40,095 nucleotides of DNA from a virus (taxonomy: Duplodnaviria > Caudoviricetes). Numbering within the stretch: position 1 is the first letter of the stretch; each line of letters begins with the position of its first letter. The notes beneath the pieces were generated by a model that worked only from the letters and a program-made list of their open reading frames with translations, ran no database searches and was not told where the DNA came from. The stretch lies in the IMG/VR virus record IMGVR_UViG_3300016654_000300, positions 1-40,095 of that record; one strand, 5' to 3'. Made by a program: the position numbers and the translations under genes. Positions 6,954 to 16,666 of the stretch are shown piece after piece.

Positions 6954-9649
6954 GTGAATCGGGCAAAGGAACAGCCATCGCTATATGGGCAAAGCGTTAC
7001 ATCAGTACTTTTGACTTGGCACTCGTATCGATTGATCCAGGTGAAAAGGCTCCGAAAGGCCTAGGGTGGAATAAGCCCGGAGGCTATATCACCGACGCCG
7101 ACACGGCCGAGGCGTTCTGGCAACGAAACCCAAATCACAACCTTGGAGTCGTGCTGGGGCCGAGCCGCGTTTGTTCACTGGATGTTGATGACGTTCAATG
7201 GACGCGACATGTTCTGTATGAACTGTTGGGCCTTGACCTTGATGCGATGGCAGTAGTGTTCCCGACTATCGTCGGGAATCCGCTGCGATTCCGGGTGGTG
7301 TTCAAGGTGCCGGAAGGCGTTGAACTCACGCGTCATTCACTTTCATGGCCGAATGAAAAAGACCCGGACGGTTCGATTTTCAAAGGGTTGATGGACAAGG
7401 CCAAGGCTGCGAAAGAGCAGGGTGATCTTGCCGCAGAAGCTGCTGCAAGAACCGAAGCCGAGCCGTTCAAACGCTTCACGGTCTTTGAATTACGTGCGGG
7501 GTTGGTGCAAGACGTATTTCCACCATCAATTCATCCCGGTACCGGCAAACCTTACATCTGGAAAACCGCACCGAGTGCCACTGAGGGGCTGCCGACGCTG
7601 ACCCACGAGCTGCTTACCATTTGGCAAAATTGGGAGTTTTTTAAGCGAGATGCTGAAGCTGCGTGTCCATGGGCGGTTGCGCCACCGAAGCCACCGGTCA
7701 AAGTCCAAAAGCGTCCTGCACTCGGTGGCGGCAAACGGCCCTCGGTGATTGATGAATTTAACCGTTGCCACGATGTTGCGGAGCTTCTTCGTGCCCATGG
7801 ATACATCAAGCGAGGCAATAAGTGGCTGTACCCTCAAAGCAGCACCGGTCTGCCAGGGGTGACGATAAGTGAGGGCAAGGTTTATTCGCACCACGGTGCT
7901 GACCCTCTCGCCAACGGACATCAGAATGACGCCTTTGAAGTCTTCTGCTTACTCGAGCACGGCGGCGACCAGTCGAAGGCTGTGAAGGATGCGGCGCGAA
8001 TGTTGGGCATGCAACACGCTGCCCGTCCAGATCCGAATGATCTTCCCCCCACCCCATCCGGTGAGTTAAGCGGGCCGATCTCCGACGAAATATGCCCCTC
8101 CAGCGAGGCCGCTCCTGCTCCTGACGGGGGGGCGGGGGAGGTCATAACGTTGGACCACATTCTGCGTCGTTTCGCGTTGGTCGAGGGCACCACGCACGTG
8201 TGGGATTGCGACCAATCGAAGGTAATGAAGAAGTCCGCCTTCGAAGCTCGTGTGGGCAAGCCACTGGCCAAAGCCTGGTTGGACGACACCGGAAAGAGGC
8301 TGATTTCTGACGATCATGTTCGCGAAATCGAGCAGGCGCGCCGCATGGCTGGGAAGAAAGGCGGTGCATTCGGGATGTCTCCAACCGATCGCTACGTTTA
8401 CATCGATGGCACCAAAGACGTTTGGGATCGCGAAAAGAAGCGGCGCATAGCCGAGGGCGCGGTGAAGATGGCGCTGGGTGACACTTACCCGCTGTGGCTG
8501 AACAGCAGCGAGCGCCGCACTGTCGATGTTGAACACATCGTGTTTGATCCGACCATGACGAAGGATCCTGCGGTGTACATCAATACCTTTGACGGGTTGC
8601 CGCTTGAGCCAGTCAGAGATGATGCAGCGTGTGCCAACCTGCGTTGGCTGATCTCATTTCTTTGTAACCATGATGAAGCTGCAACCGATTGGCTAACTCG
8701 CTGGCTGGCGTATCCGCTGCAGCACTTGGGCGCCAAGATGGACACCGCTGTTTTGATGCATTCGATTATGGAAGGTTCGGGCAAGAGCCTGTTGTTCGCT
8801 GACGCGCTTGGCATGCTTTATGGCCAATACGCGGCGACTGTTGGTCAGACGCAGTTGGAAAGCAGTTTCAACGCGTGGCAAAGCCGCAAATTGTGGTCAG
8901 TCTTTGAAGAGGTCGTCAGTCGCGATCAACGTTACAACCAGGTGGGCAAGATCAAGCACTTGATCACTGGTAAAACGGTGCGGATGGAGTCGAAATTCAT
9001 TAATGGCTGGGAAGAAGCCAACCATATGAATGCGGTGTTTCTCAGCAACGAGATTCTTCCCTGGCCAATCAGCGACAGTGATCGTCGAATGCTAGTCATG
9101 TGGCCTATGGAGACTCTGCCAGTCGCACGGCAAAAGGCGATTGGTCGTGAACTGGAGCAGGGTGGAGTGGCGGCGCTCTACGGTTGGTTACTGTCGGTCG
9201 ATCTAGGGGACTTCAACCAGCGCACGCGGCCGCCATCAACAGAGGCGCGTGAGCGTTTGGTGGCCTTGAGTCGGGCCGGCTGGCAAACATTCCTGCATCT
9301 GTGGAAGTACAGCGAGCTGGGGCATGGGCTTTGGGGACCGTGTCTATCGACCGACCTCTATTCGTTGTTTCTCGAATGGTGCCAGCGCAACAAAGAGCAC
9401 GTGATGAGTCAGACCAAGTTCTCTCTATTTATCAGTTCCGAGGTGGATAAAACGCGGGCGATACCCTGGACTGACGGCAATAACCGTCGCTTCGGCGCGT
9501 TTTTCTTTCCTGTGGATCTGGATGCTTCCCCGCCCCCATCACTCAAGGCGGCAGAGCTGGGCAAGCAGGTAGAGAACTGGCGGGCGAAGGCCAAGCTGTC
9601 GGGCTGGCACGTGGACAGCTGGGATCACATCAAGGCGCTTGCAGCATGA
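6950..9649 (+). CDS. Bifunctional primase-polymerase fused to SF3-type (DUF5906) helicase
   Basis: N-terminal prim-pol motifs (NLGV, LDVD, PPSIHPGTG); C-terminal Walker A EGSGKS, Walker B VFEE and FLSN motif C. Confidence 0.88.
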   Translation: MSESGKGTAIAIWAKRYISTFDLALVSIDPGEKAPKGLGWNKPGGYITDADTAEAFWQRNPNHNLGVVLGPSRVCSLDVDDVQWTRHVLYELLGLDLDAMAVVFPTIVGNPLRFRVVFKVPEGVELTRHSLSWPNEKDPDGSIFKGLMDKAKAAKEQGDLAAEAAARTEAEPFKRFTVFELRAGLVQDVFPPSIHPGTGKPYIWKTAPSATEGLPTLTHELLTIWQNWEFFKRDAEAACPWAVAPPKPPVKVQKRPALGGGKRPSVIDEFNRCHDVAELLRAHGYIKRGNKWLYPQSSTGLPGVTISEGKVYSHHGADPLANGHQNDAFEVFCLLEHGGDQSKAVKDAARMLGMQHAARPDPNDLPPTPSGELSGPISDEICPSSEAAPAPDGGAGEVITLDHILRRFALVEGTTHVWDCDQSKVMKKSAFEARVGKPLAKAWLDDTGKRLISDDHVREIEQARRMAGKKGGAFGMSPTDRYVYIDGTKDVWDREKKRRIAEGAVKMALGDTYPLWLNSSERRTVDVEHIVFDPTMTKDPAVYINTFDGLPLEPVRDDAACANLRWLISFLCNHDEAATDWLTRWLAYPLQHLGAKMDTAVLMHSIMEGSGKSLLFADALGMLYGQYAATVGQTQLESSFNAWQSRKLWSVFEEVVSRDQRYNQVGKIKHLITGKTVRMESKFINGWEEANHMNAVFLSNEILPWPISDSDRRMLVMWPMETLPVARQKAIGRELEQGGVAALYGWLLSVDLGDFNQRTRPPSTEARERLVALSRAGWQTFLHLWKYSELGHGLWGPCLSTDLYSLFLEWCQRNKEHVMSQTKFSLFISSEVDKTRAIPWTDGNNRRFGAFFFPVDLDASPPPSLKAAELGKQVENWRAKAKLSGWHVDSWDHIKALAA

Positions 9650-9659
9650 CTATTTTCAA

Positions 9660-9960
9660 AAGTGTGTTGGGTGTGTTGGGTGTGTGTCGGGTTGATTTTG
9701 AATACCCCACACAATTTGAGTGCCCGAATTACATGCCTTCGCGGGTGTTGTGTGGGGTGTGTTGGGTTTTGTGTCGCGCACGCGCATGCATGACGTTCTT
9801 TGCAACGAATTCAACGGAACGAATTTTTTCTTATGCGAAGACTGATAAACCCAACAAACCCAACACACTCAACTCAAGTTTGATTGAAGCATTGAATTTA
9901 AAGGGATTTATCTGTGTTGGGTTTGTGTCGGGTTGCGGTTTTTCTGTGTTGGGTTGGGTT
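9660..9960. repeat. Iteron-like TGTGT(T/C)GGG repeats, probable replication origin
   Basis: Direct copies at 9663, 9672, 9683, 9758, 9913, 9924 and 9945; inverted ACCCAACA at 9849 and 9858; AT-rich patches between; directly after the primase-helicase gene. Confidence 0.65.
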
Positions 9961-9976
9961 TTACGGGGGCAGGGCA

Positions 9977-10459
9977 ATGATTGAGGCTATGGAGTTGTTG
10001 CTGAAACATTGGGGCGAGCAATGCCGACACGCCGGTGAAGCGGGAGGCATGGGTAGCCCGATGGCGACGATCATGGAGTGGGGCGGTTGTGCGCCGCGGG
10101 GCACACCCGGTTCTCGGATCCTTCTCGGCGGTGGTGCGGGTCCAGATGTAATTGCGCAGGAAATTGGTGCCGCCCTTTCCGAGATTGCCCGGCAAGATGG
10201 TCGGGGTGAAAGGCTGCAACAGTTGGCAGTTATGCGTTACGGCTTTGACCCTGCACCGACATGGGCAGCGCAGATGCACGAACTGGGCTACGTCTCAAAG
10301 GCGAAGCAAACCTACTACGATCTTGTGCACCGTCTTCATGTCCGACTCTTTGAGGTGCTGGCCGAGCGCAAGGACGCACGTAAGTGGCTTACCGTTGGTC
10401 GGGGCGCTTTACCTCAAAGTCTCCTCAAAGTTGCGTCAAAGTTGAGTCAAGTTGGATAA
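9977..10459 (+). CDS. Putative late transcription regulator (Q-like antiterminator position)
   Basis: ELLLKHWGEQ N-terminus and C-terminal HTH-like TYYDLVHRLH; lies before a strong terminator and the late operon. Function inferred from position. Confidence 0.6.
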   Translation: MIEAMELLLKHWGEQCRHAGEAGGMGSPMATIMEWGGCAPRGTPGSRILLGGGAGPDVIAQEIGAALSEIARQDGRGERLQQLAVMRYGFDPAPTWAAQMHELGYVSKAKQTYYDLVHRLHVRLFEVLAERKDARKWLTVGRGALPQSLLKVASKLSQVG

Positions 10460-10583
10460 CCGAAAATGCCCCCTTTTCGGTTCCGTACTCAGGGGGTAAA
10501 AAGTCACCACGATATGGATTCTGCGCCTTGGCGCTTCCCCGAGCACGTGCTGTGCACTTCGTCCTGGCGTATGCCGCGACATT

Positions 10584-10617
10584 GAAAACCCTGCCCTCCG
10601 GCGGGGTTTTCTTTTTT
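10584..10617 (+). terminator. Intrinsic terminator at start of late operon (tR'-like)
   Basis: GAAAACCCTGCC-CTCC-GGCGGGGTTTTC followed by TTTTTT. Confidence 0.85.
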
Positions 10618-10650
10618 GTGTTCGGCATGCTCCTTCACTTGAGGCACAAC

Positions 10651-10989
10651 ATGACAAATGAGCAGCAAGCGCTGGCAGAAATGCCGATCTGGTTGGTGAT
10701 CGTCCTGGCTCTGGTCGGCGGCGTATCCGGTGAGATGTGGCGAGCAGACAAGGATGGTGCCCGGGGCTGGGCGTTGTTGCGCAGGCTCGCGCTTCGTTCG
10801 GGGGCATGCATCGTCTGCGGGGTAACGGCGATGATGTTGATGATTGCCGCCGGCATGACGATCTGGACGGCTGGCGCCTTGGGTTGCCTCACCGCCATGG
10901 CTGGCGCGGACGTTGCCATCGGCTTGTACGAACGCTGGGCTGCCAAGCGGCTTGGCATTTCTGAATCGGCATCGACCGACCGAAGCTAG
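10651..10989 (+). CDS. Phage holin
   Basis: MTNEQQALAEMPIWLVIVLALVGGVSGEMWRADK, three hydrophobic segments, GAGG SD; pyocin/prophage holin type. Confidence 0.9.
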   Translation: MTNEQQALAEMPIWLVIVLALVGGVSGEMWRADKDGARGWALLRRLALRSGACIVCGVTAMMLMIAAGMTIWTAGALGCLTAMAGADVAIGLYERWAAKRLGISESASTDRS

Positions 10990-11122
10990 GTCGGTCGCCC
11001 GGGTGGGGGCACGGATTTTCCGGGTCCTCCCTGAGAGCCGCCCCCTACACGGGTTACGGAACTCGCGGGATCTCTGCAGCTGAGAATTTCACAGGGATGT
11101 CCGTCTTTTCAAAGGGTTAGAC

Positions 11123-11647
11123 ATGGGCAGGACAGTCAGCAAGGCCGACTTGAGCGAGATCGTCGGTCGCGATGAACGCACCCTTACCCGATGGCAGAAC
11201 GACGGCATGCCTGTGACCGAGTTCGGCCTCGGTCGGGGCAACGAAAACCAATACGACACCGAAGCCGTGATCCAGTGGCTGATGCATCAAGCCGCACTCA
11301 ATGGCAAAAAAGAATCTTCCCGCGACCGACTAGACCGGATCCGCGCCGACCGCGAAGAACTCGCGATGGCCAAGGATCTTGGCGAGGTGGTGATCGCTGC
11401 TGATTTGATCGAACGCTTCGAAGCAATGATCACTGCTGCAAAAGTGGAGTTGCTCAACTCTTTCCCCGACACGCTGGCCGCCGAACTCTCGGCGCGTTAC
11501 GACGTGGAAGTCGACGAGCAACTGATTCGCGACCCTATTGAAGCCATCCTGAGGAGGCTTTCTGACTATGACAAGGATGATGCCGCGTCAGATGGATATC
11601 CTGACGAATCGGACGATACGGAGGGCTTTGAGGAAGACGGCGACTAA
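11123..11647 (+). CDS. Terminase small subunit (Nu1-like)
   Basis: wHTH VSKADLSEIVGRDERTLTRWQNDGMP...YDTEAVIQW, then coiled coil. Confidence 0.9.
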   Translation: MGRTVSKADLSEIVGRDERTLTRWQNDGMPVTEFGLGRGNENQYDTEAVIQWLMHQAALNGKKESSRDRLDRIRADREELAMAKDLGEVVIAADLIERFEAMITAAKVELLNSFPDTLAAELSARYDVEVDEQLIRDPIEAILRRLSDYDKDDAASDGYPDESDDTEGFEEDGD

Positions 11648-13580
11648 AGCGCTGCGCGGCGCATGCCGCAAATGGGCGCCGCCGCCTCGCATGAGTATTA
11701 TCGAGTGGGCGGACAAGTATCGCTGGCTCGCACCAGAAGAGGCAGCTCGCCCCGGCAAATATCGCTTTGACGTTACGCCTCACCTGATCTGGCCGGGCGG
11801 GCCACTGGAAGCTTTGGACGATCCAGCTGTCAGCGAGATCGTAGGCCGTAAGTCAGCGCAGGTTGCTTGGACGTCAGGTGTTTTGGGTAACGCCCTAGGC
11901 AAATGGATCGACATCGATCCGTCACCGATTCTGGTGCTGTTTCCCAAGGCCGAAGCGGCCAAGCAGTACGTTGGTGAAAAGCTCGAACCGATGATCGAAG
12001 CCACGCCGCGGCTGAGAAAGAAAGTCGATCTGCGAAGCCGCAAGCTGCAGCAGCGGCAGGACTTCAAGCGCTTCCCGGGCGGCTTCCTGAAAATGGTGGG
12101 CTCAAACAGCCCGGCCAGTGTGAAGTCCACGCCAGTGCCGCGCGTTGCCATTGAAGAGCCGGACGACTGCAACCTGAACCTGCGAGGCCAGGGCGACAGT
12201 ATCAAGCTGGCCAAGGAACGACTCAAAACGTTTCGCCGTTCGAAGATCATCATCGGCGGTACACCGACGATCAAGGGCTTGTCCGCCATTGATGCGGAGC
12301 TGGAACTGTCGGACAAGCGCGTTGGCCTGGTGCCGTGTCATGAATGCGGCCAAGAGCACGCGTTGAGCTTCGACAACCTGCACTGCGACGAGGATCCGGA
12401 ATACCTGCATGAGGTCTACGGCAAGAAGCGGCCGGAGAAATCGTTCTACTCCTGCCCGCATTGCGGTGGAATCTGGGATGACAACCAGAAGAACGCCAAC
12501 CTCAAGCACGGGCGCTGGTCGGCTACGGCTGAGTTTAGAGGTATCGCCGGTTACATCCTCAACGAGCTGTATGCGACGTTCTGGGGATCGCGTTTCCAAG
12601 TGCTGACGGAGAAAAAACTCCAAGCCGAACACGCGGCCTCACAAGGCAACATCGGCCCGATGATCGCCTTCGTCAACAGTTCCAAGGGCGAAAGCTACGA
12701 GTATCAGAGCGATGCACCGAAGACCGATGAGCTGGAAAAGCGTGCGGAGCCTTACGCGGAGCTGACAGCGCCGAAAGGTGTCCTGCTGATCACCGTTGGC
12801 GTTGACGTCCAGGGCGACCGCCTCGCTCTCACCATCATCGGTTGGGGACGAGGCGAAGAGTCGTGGCGCTTGTACTGGGGTGAGCTTCACGGCAACCCCA
12901 TCGATCCCCATGACGCCGTTTGGCAAGAACTGGATCGGGTTATTTCTCAACCCATACCTATCGAGGGCGGTGCGCAACTGGCGGTATCGGCGGTCAGCAT
13001 CGACAGCTCTGACGGCAATACCAGTGACGCGGTATATGCCTACGTGCGGGATCGTCAACGCTACAACGTGATGGCGATCAAAGGCGCCTCTATCGACAGT
13101 CGCGACAAGGAAATCTTTACCAAGCCGCCGCAATCGGTGGACACCTCACAGGACAACACTAAGGCTGCGAAATACGGCCTGCGCGTCCACATCGTCGGCA
13201 CGCACAAAGCGAAGACGCTCATCGATGGGCGGCTGCGCCTCAAAGGTGCCGGACCGGGCCGCATGCATTGGTACAGTGAAATCCGCTCCGACTACTACGA
13301 GCAACTCACCAACGAAGTCTTGGCACCGCACCCACGTAACCCCAGCAAAATGGTTTGGCAAAAAAAAGCCGGCCGTCGCAACGAAGCGCTGGATTGCGAG
13401 GTGTATGCCTTGCACGCCGCTCGCAGCCTGAAAACTCACCTGTTACGCGATCACGAATGGGACCAGCTGGAGCAGCAGTTGCTGCAGCCAACCCTGTTCA
13501 GTACCGAACAACCGGTCGCACCGGTACCGCGCCGAGCAGCCGCTCGCGGGCGGGGCACCCGAAGTCGCGCGGGCTATTAA
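11568..13580 (+). CDS. Terminase large subunit (lambda gpA family)
   Basis: KSAQVAWT Walker A, IEEPD Walker B, GTPT, GVDVQ nuclease and NEALDC motifs. True start may be TTG 11628 or ATG 11691. Confidence 0.95.
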   Translation: MTRMMPRQMDILTNRTIRRALRKTATKALRGACRKWAPPPRMSIIEWADKYRWLAPEEAARPGKYRFDVTPHLIWPGGPLEALDDPAVSEIVGRKSAQVAWTSGVLGNALGKWIDIDPSPILVLFPKAEAAKQYVGEKLEPMIEATPRLRKKVDLRSRKLQQRQDFKRFPGGFLKMVGSNSPASVKSTPVPRVAIEEPDDCNLNLRGQGDSIKLAKERLKTFRRSKIIIGGTPTIKGLSAIDAELELSDKRVGLVPCHECGQEHALSFDNLHCDEDPEYLHEVYGKKRPEKSFYSCPHCGGIWDDNQKNANLKHGRWSATAEFRGIAGYILNELYATFWGSRFQVLTEKKLQAEHAASQGNIGPMIAFVNSSKGESYEYQSDAPKTDELEKRAEPYAELTAPKGVLLITVGVDVQGDRLALTIIGWGRGEESWRLYWGELHGNPIDPHDAVWQELDRVISQPIPIEGGAQLAVSAVSIDSSDGNTSDAVYAYVRDRQRYNVMAIKGASIDSRDKEIFTKPPQSVDTSQDNTKAAKYGLRVHIVGTHKAKTLIDGRLRLKGAGPGRMHWYSEIRSDYYEQLTNEVLAPHPRNPSKMVWQKKAGRRNEALDCEVYALHAARSLKTHLLRDHEWDQLEQQLLQPTLFSTEQPVAPVPRRAAARGRGTRSRAGY

Positions 13581-13590
13581 GGAAACACAC

Positions 13591-13806
13591 ATGACAGACG
13601 CACAACAGCGCCTCGCGGAAGTCCGGGCGGCGATTTCTGACGTCCTGAAAAAAGGCCAGCGCCTGCGCCGTGCGGATCGCGAGCTTTATCGCGCTGAGCT
13701 GAACAGCTTGCGCCTTCTGGAGCAGCAGTACGCCAGAGAGGTCGCGTTGGAACAGGCTCGACAACAGGGACGTGGCCGCAACCGTGTCTCCTACATGAAG
13801 ATCTGA
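13591..13806 (+). CDS. Head-tail joining protein (gpW-like)
   Basis: 71 aa between terminase and portal; RAELNSLRLLE; AGGA SD. Confidence 0.75.
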   Translation: MTDAQQRLAEVRAAISDVLKKGQRLRRADRELYRAELNSLRLLEQQYAREVALEQARQQGRGRNRVSYMKI

Positions 13807-13808
13807 CT

Positions 13809-15419
13809 ATGGGATTTTTTCGAAAAGACCCGGCCGAGCTGCTGATGCGCGAGGCCCTCAAACTCGCCAAGTCGGCAAACGAGTCCAGGCCTATCGTCGC
13901 CCAAGGGGGCGGAGGCGGTGTTGAAACGCGTTGGCGCGGGGCTTCCCGCGTACTGCGCAGCATGGCCAGCTGGATTCCCGGTCTCGGCAGTCCGCGTCGG
14001 GATCTCGACCAAAACGAGCGTCGAATGCTGGTTGCTCGCTCGCGAGACGCCATGCGCAATCACTTGATAGCACGTGCGGCGATCACGCGCTTACGCACCA
14101 ATGTTGTAGGAACCGGGCTGGTTTGCCGTTCACAGATTGATCATGACGCATTAGGTCTCGACGAGACGCAGGCTGAGAAAATCAACAATCAGCTTGATCG
14201 CTTGTGGTCGCTGTACGCCGATGATCCACGCGAATGCGATGCCGAAGCGACACTCAACCACTACCAGTTACAAGCACTGGTATTGATCTCATCCATGGTG
14301 GGTGGTGACGTGCTGATTGCCAGTCCTGACGATGAGCGCCCCGGCTGCATCTTCAGCACGCGCTTGCAGTTGATCGAGTCTGACCGAGTCTGCAATCCAG
14401 CCGGGCAACTGGACAGTACATACCTCGTGGACGGTGTCGAGTTCGACCGGCTTGGGGCGCCGCTGGCGTATCACGTCTGCACCGGATACCCCAACGAATA
14501 CACCGCCGGCCAAGCGCTGAAATGGGAGCGTCTGCCAGCCTTTGGCGAGGCCACGGGCCGGCGTCGCGTCATGCACGTAATGGCCGACAAGGAGCGTCCG
14601 GGACAGAAGCGCGGAGCGCCTTATCTGGCTCCGGTGCTGGAGCCGCTGCAGAAGCTGGAGCGCTACAGCAGCGCCGAGTTGATGGCGGCGGTGATCTCCG
14701 CAATGTTCACGGTGTTCATCAAAAAGACCAACGACTTCCAGGTAGGGAATCTCCCGCTGACCGCTTTAGCCAACGAAGGCGACGGTGCAGGAGGAGACAC
14801 AACAGCTGACGGCGAACTGGCTCTGGGCGAGGGGGCGATTGTTGACTTGGGCCAAGGTGAGGAACCGGTAATCGCCAATCCTGCGCGGCCTAATGCGCAG
14901 TTCGATCCGTTCTTTACGGCAGTGGTCAAGGAAATCGGCGCCGCTTTGGAGCAACCGATGGAAGAGCTGTTGCTGCACTACAGCAGCAGCTACAGCGCAG
15001 CCCGTGCGGCGATGTTGCAGGCATGGCGTTTTTACAGCCTGCGCCGCTGGTGGTTGATCTGTGACTTTTGTCAGCCCAGTCGGGAATTGCTGATCGATGA
15101 GGCGGTAGCCCGTGGACTGATCAGCCTGCCGGGTTATGCGGACCCGGCGAAACGTAAAGCCTACTGCCAAGCCATCTGGATCGGCCCTGCCCGGGGCGCC
15201 ATTGATGAGTTGAAAGAGGCTAACGCTGCCGGTAAGCGCATCGAGATCGGTGTCAGCAACGAAACACTGGAAACCGCTGCGATGACCGGCGAGCCGTGGC
15301 AACAGGTATATCGGCAGCGCGTGCGCGAAGTCACTCAGCGGCGCAACGATGGCCTGCACGTTTTACCCAAAGGACGGGAGCAAGAAACACCGCCGTCCGC
15401 CAACCCCAACGAGGAATAA
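13809..15419 (+). CDS. Portal protein, lambda family
   Basis: RSRDAMRN, VVGTGL, RPGQKRGAP and SYSAARAAM motifs. Confidence 0.95.
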   Translation: MGFFRKDPAELLMREALKLAKSANESRPIVAQGGGGGVETRWRGASRVLRSMASWIPGLGSPRRDLDQNERRMLVARSRDAMRNHLIARAAITRLRTNVVGTGLVCRSQIDHDALGLDETQAEKINNQLDRLWSLYADDPRECDAEATLNHYQLQALVLISSMVGGDVLIASPDDERPGCIFSTRLQLIESDRVCNPAGQLDSTYLVDGVEFDRLGAPLAYHVCTGYPNEYTAGQALKWERLPAFGEATGRRRVMHVMADKERPGQKRGAPYLAPVLEPLQKLERYSSAELMAAVISAMFTVFIKKTNDFQVGNLPLTALANEGDGAGGDTTADGELALGEGAIVDLGQGEEPVIANPARPNAQFDPFFTAVVKEIGAALEQPMEELLLHYSSSYSAARAAMLQAWRFYSLRRWWLICDFCQPSRELLIDEAVARGLISLPGYADPAKRKAYCQAIWIGPARGAIDELKEANAAGKRIEIGVSNETLETAAMTGEPWQQVYRQRVREVTQRRNDGLHVLPKGREQETPPSANPNEE

Positions 15420-15421
15420 CC

Positions 15422-16654
15422 ATGCCCCGCGCATTCGAGCTGGCTGCATCGCAGCCGTGGCTAATGCTGCCCGGCGCCCTGGATAACTTGCTGACCATTG
15501 CAGACCGCATGGGCGATCCAGCGGCGCTGGAAACACGCACCGGCATGCGACTGGATAACAGCCGCACTGTCAGCGTACGCAATGGTGTGGCGATCATCCC
15601 GGTAGTCGGCCCGGTGTTTCGCTATGCCAACCTTTTCACCGAGATCAGCGGTGCGACCAGCACTCAGGTGCTGGCCACCGACCTGCAGGCCGCACTTGAT
15701 GATCCCAAGATCAGCGCGATCATCCTGAACATCGACAGCCCAGGCGGTGTTGCCGCCGGCATCAACGAACTGGCTGACCAGATCCATGCGGCCCGTGACC
15801 GCAAACGCATCGTCGCTTACATCGGCGGCACAGGTGCAAGCGCGGCCTATTGGATTGCGTCAGCTGCCAGCGAAATCGTCATCGACGAAACGGCGCTCGC
15901 CGGGAGTATCGGTGTGGTCGTTGAAGCCGTGGTCGGCGGCGAGGAAGGCAGCGGCCTTAAGCGATATCAGATCGTCAGCCGCAATGCTCCTAACAAGCGC
16001 GTGGATCTCTCCACCGAAGAGGGGCGGGCCAAGGTCGGCGAAACGGTTGATGCCATGGGCGATGTGTTCGTCGCCAAGGTGGCCCGCAACCTAGGCGTAG
16101 AGCCGGAGCGTGTCCCAGAGATGGGCGACTTCGGAGGCCTGCGCGTAGGCGCTGCGGCTGTCGAGTCCGGCTTGGCCCACCGTCTGGGGTCGCTTGAAAC
16201 ATTGCTTACCGAACTGGCCAAACCGGCCGCCACTCAACCGAGGAAATACAACATGACCACCGTCAGCAGCACGGCGGAGTTGCGTGAGGCGCTGGCCGCC
16301 GGCACGGATCCGCAAATCATCGAAATCGCTCAGGCCAATCAGCCGGATCTCGAAAGCATCCGCACCCAAAGTCGCGAGGAAGGCGCTACTGCAGAGCGGC
16401 AACGCATCACTGGCATCAATGCCATGGCCAGCAAAGGTTTCGAAACTGAAATTGCCGCTGCCATCGAAGCAGGCACCACGGTTGAAGCCACAGCGCTACA
16501 GCTGTTCAAGGCAGCGCAGGATCGCGGCATTTCCCTTCACGCCATCAAGGCCGACGCCACTGGTGCATCGACGTCCACTCCTGCGGGCGATGCCGCTCAG
16601 GGTGAGCGCAAGGCCGTCGTAAACGCCATCGTCGAAGGCGCCTCGCGCCGCTGA
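15422..16654 (+). CDS. S49 prohead protease with C-terminal scaffold (lambda gpC-like)
   Basis: IDSPGG, ASAAYWIASAA and GSIGV motifs. Confidence 0.92.
   Translation: MPRAFELAASQPWLMLPGALDNLLTIADRMGDPAALETRTGMRLDNSRTVSVRNGVAIIPVVGPVFRYANLFTEISGATSTQVLATDLQAALDDPKISAIILNIDSPGGVAAGINELADQIHAARDRKRIVAYIGGTGASAAYWIASAASEIVIDETALAGSIGVVVEAVVGGEEGSGLKRYQIVSRNAPNKRVDLSTEEGRAKVGETVDAMGDVFVAKVARNLGVEPERVPEMGDFGGLRVGAAAVESGLAHRLGSLETLLTELAKPAATQPRKYNMTTVSSTAELREALAAGTDPQIIEIAQANQPDLESIRTQSREEGATAERQRITGINAMASKGFETEIAAAIEAGTTVEATALQLFKAAQDRGISLHAIKADATGASTSTPAGDAAQGERKAVVNAIVEGASRR
16253..16654 (+). CDS. Nested in-frame scaffolding protein (Nu3-like)
   Basis: Internal GAGGA (16240-16244) before in-frame ATG 16253; Ala/Glu-rich helical product with AERQRITGI. 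Confidence 0.6.
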   Translation: MTTVSSTAELREALAAGTDPQIIEIAQANQPDLESIRTQSREEGATAERQRITGINAMASKGFETEIAAAIEAGTTVEATALQLFKAAQDRGISLHAIKADATGASTSTPAGDAAQGERKAVVNAIVEGASRR

Positions 16655-16666
16655 TTGGAGAAATTC

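Noticed and set aside
9660-9960. CRISPR array
   Set aside because: Repeats are 8-9 bp, irregularly spaced and in both orientations; no cas genes.
9646-9984. 112-aa ORF (and antisense 70-aa ORF) as protein-coding
   Set aside because: Cys/Val/Gly-rich translation reflects the GT repeats; better explained as an origin region, though translation is not excluded given the ATGA overlaps.
10990-11122. cos site
   Set aside because: The position before the small terminase fits and GGGTCCTCCC is suggestive, but the cut site cannot be defined from sequence alone.
12826-12834. CTCTCACCA as a further sRNA target
   Set aside because: Only 9 nt, in the middle of the terminase coding sequence and not near a start or in an evident loop; compatible with chance.
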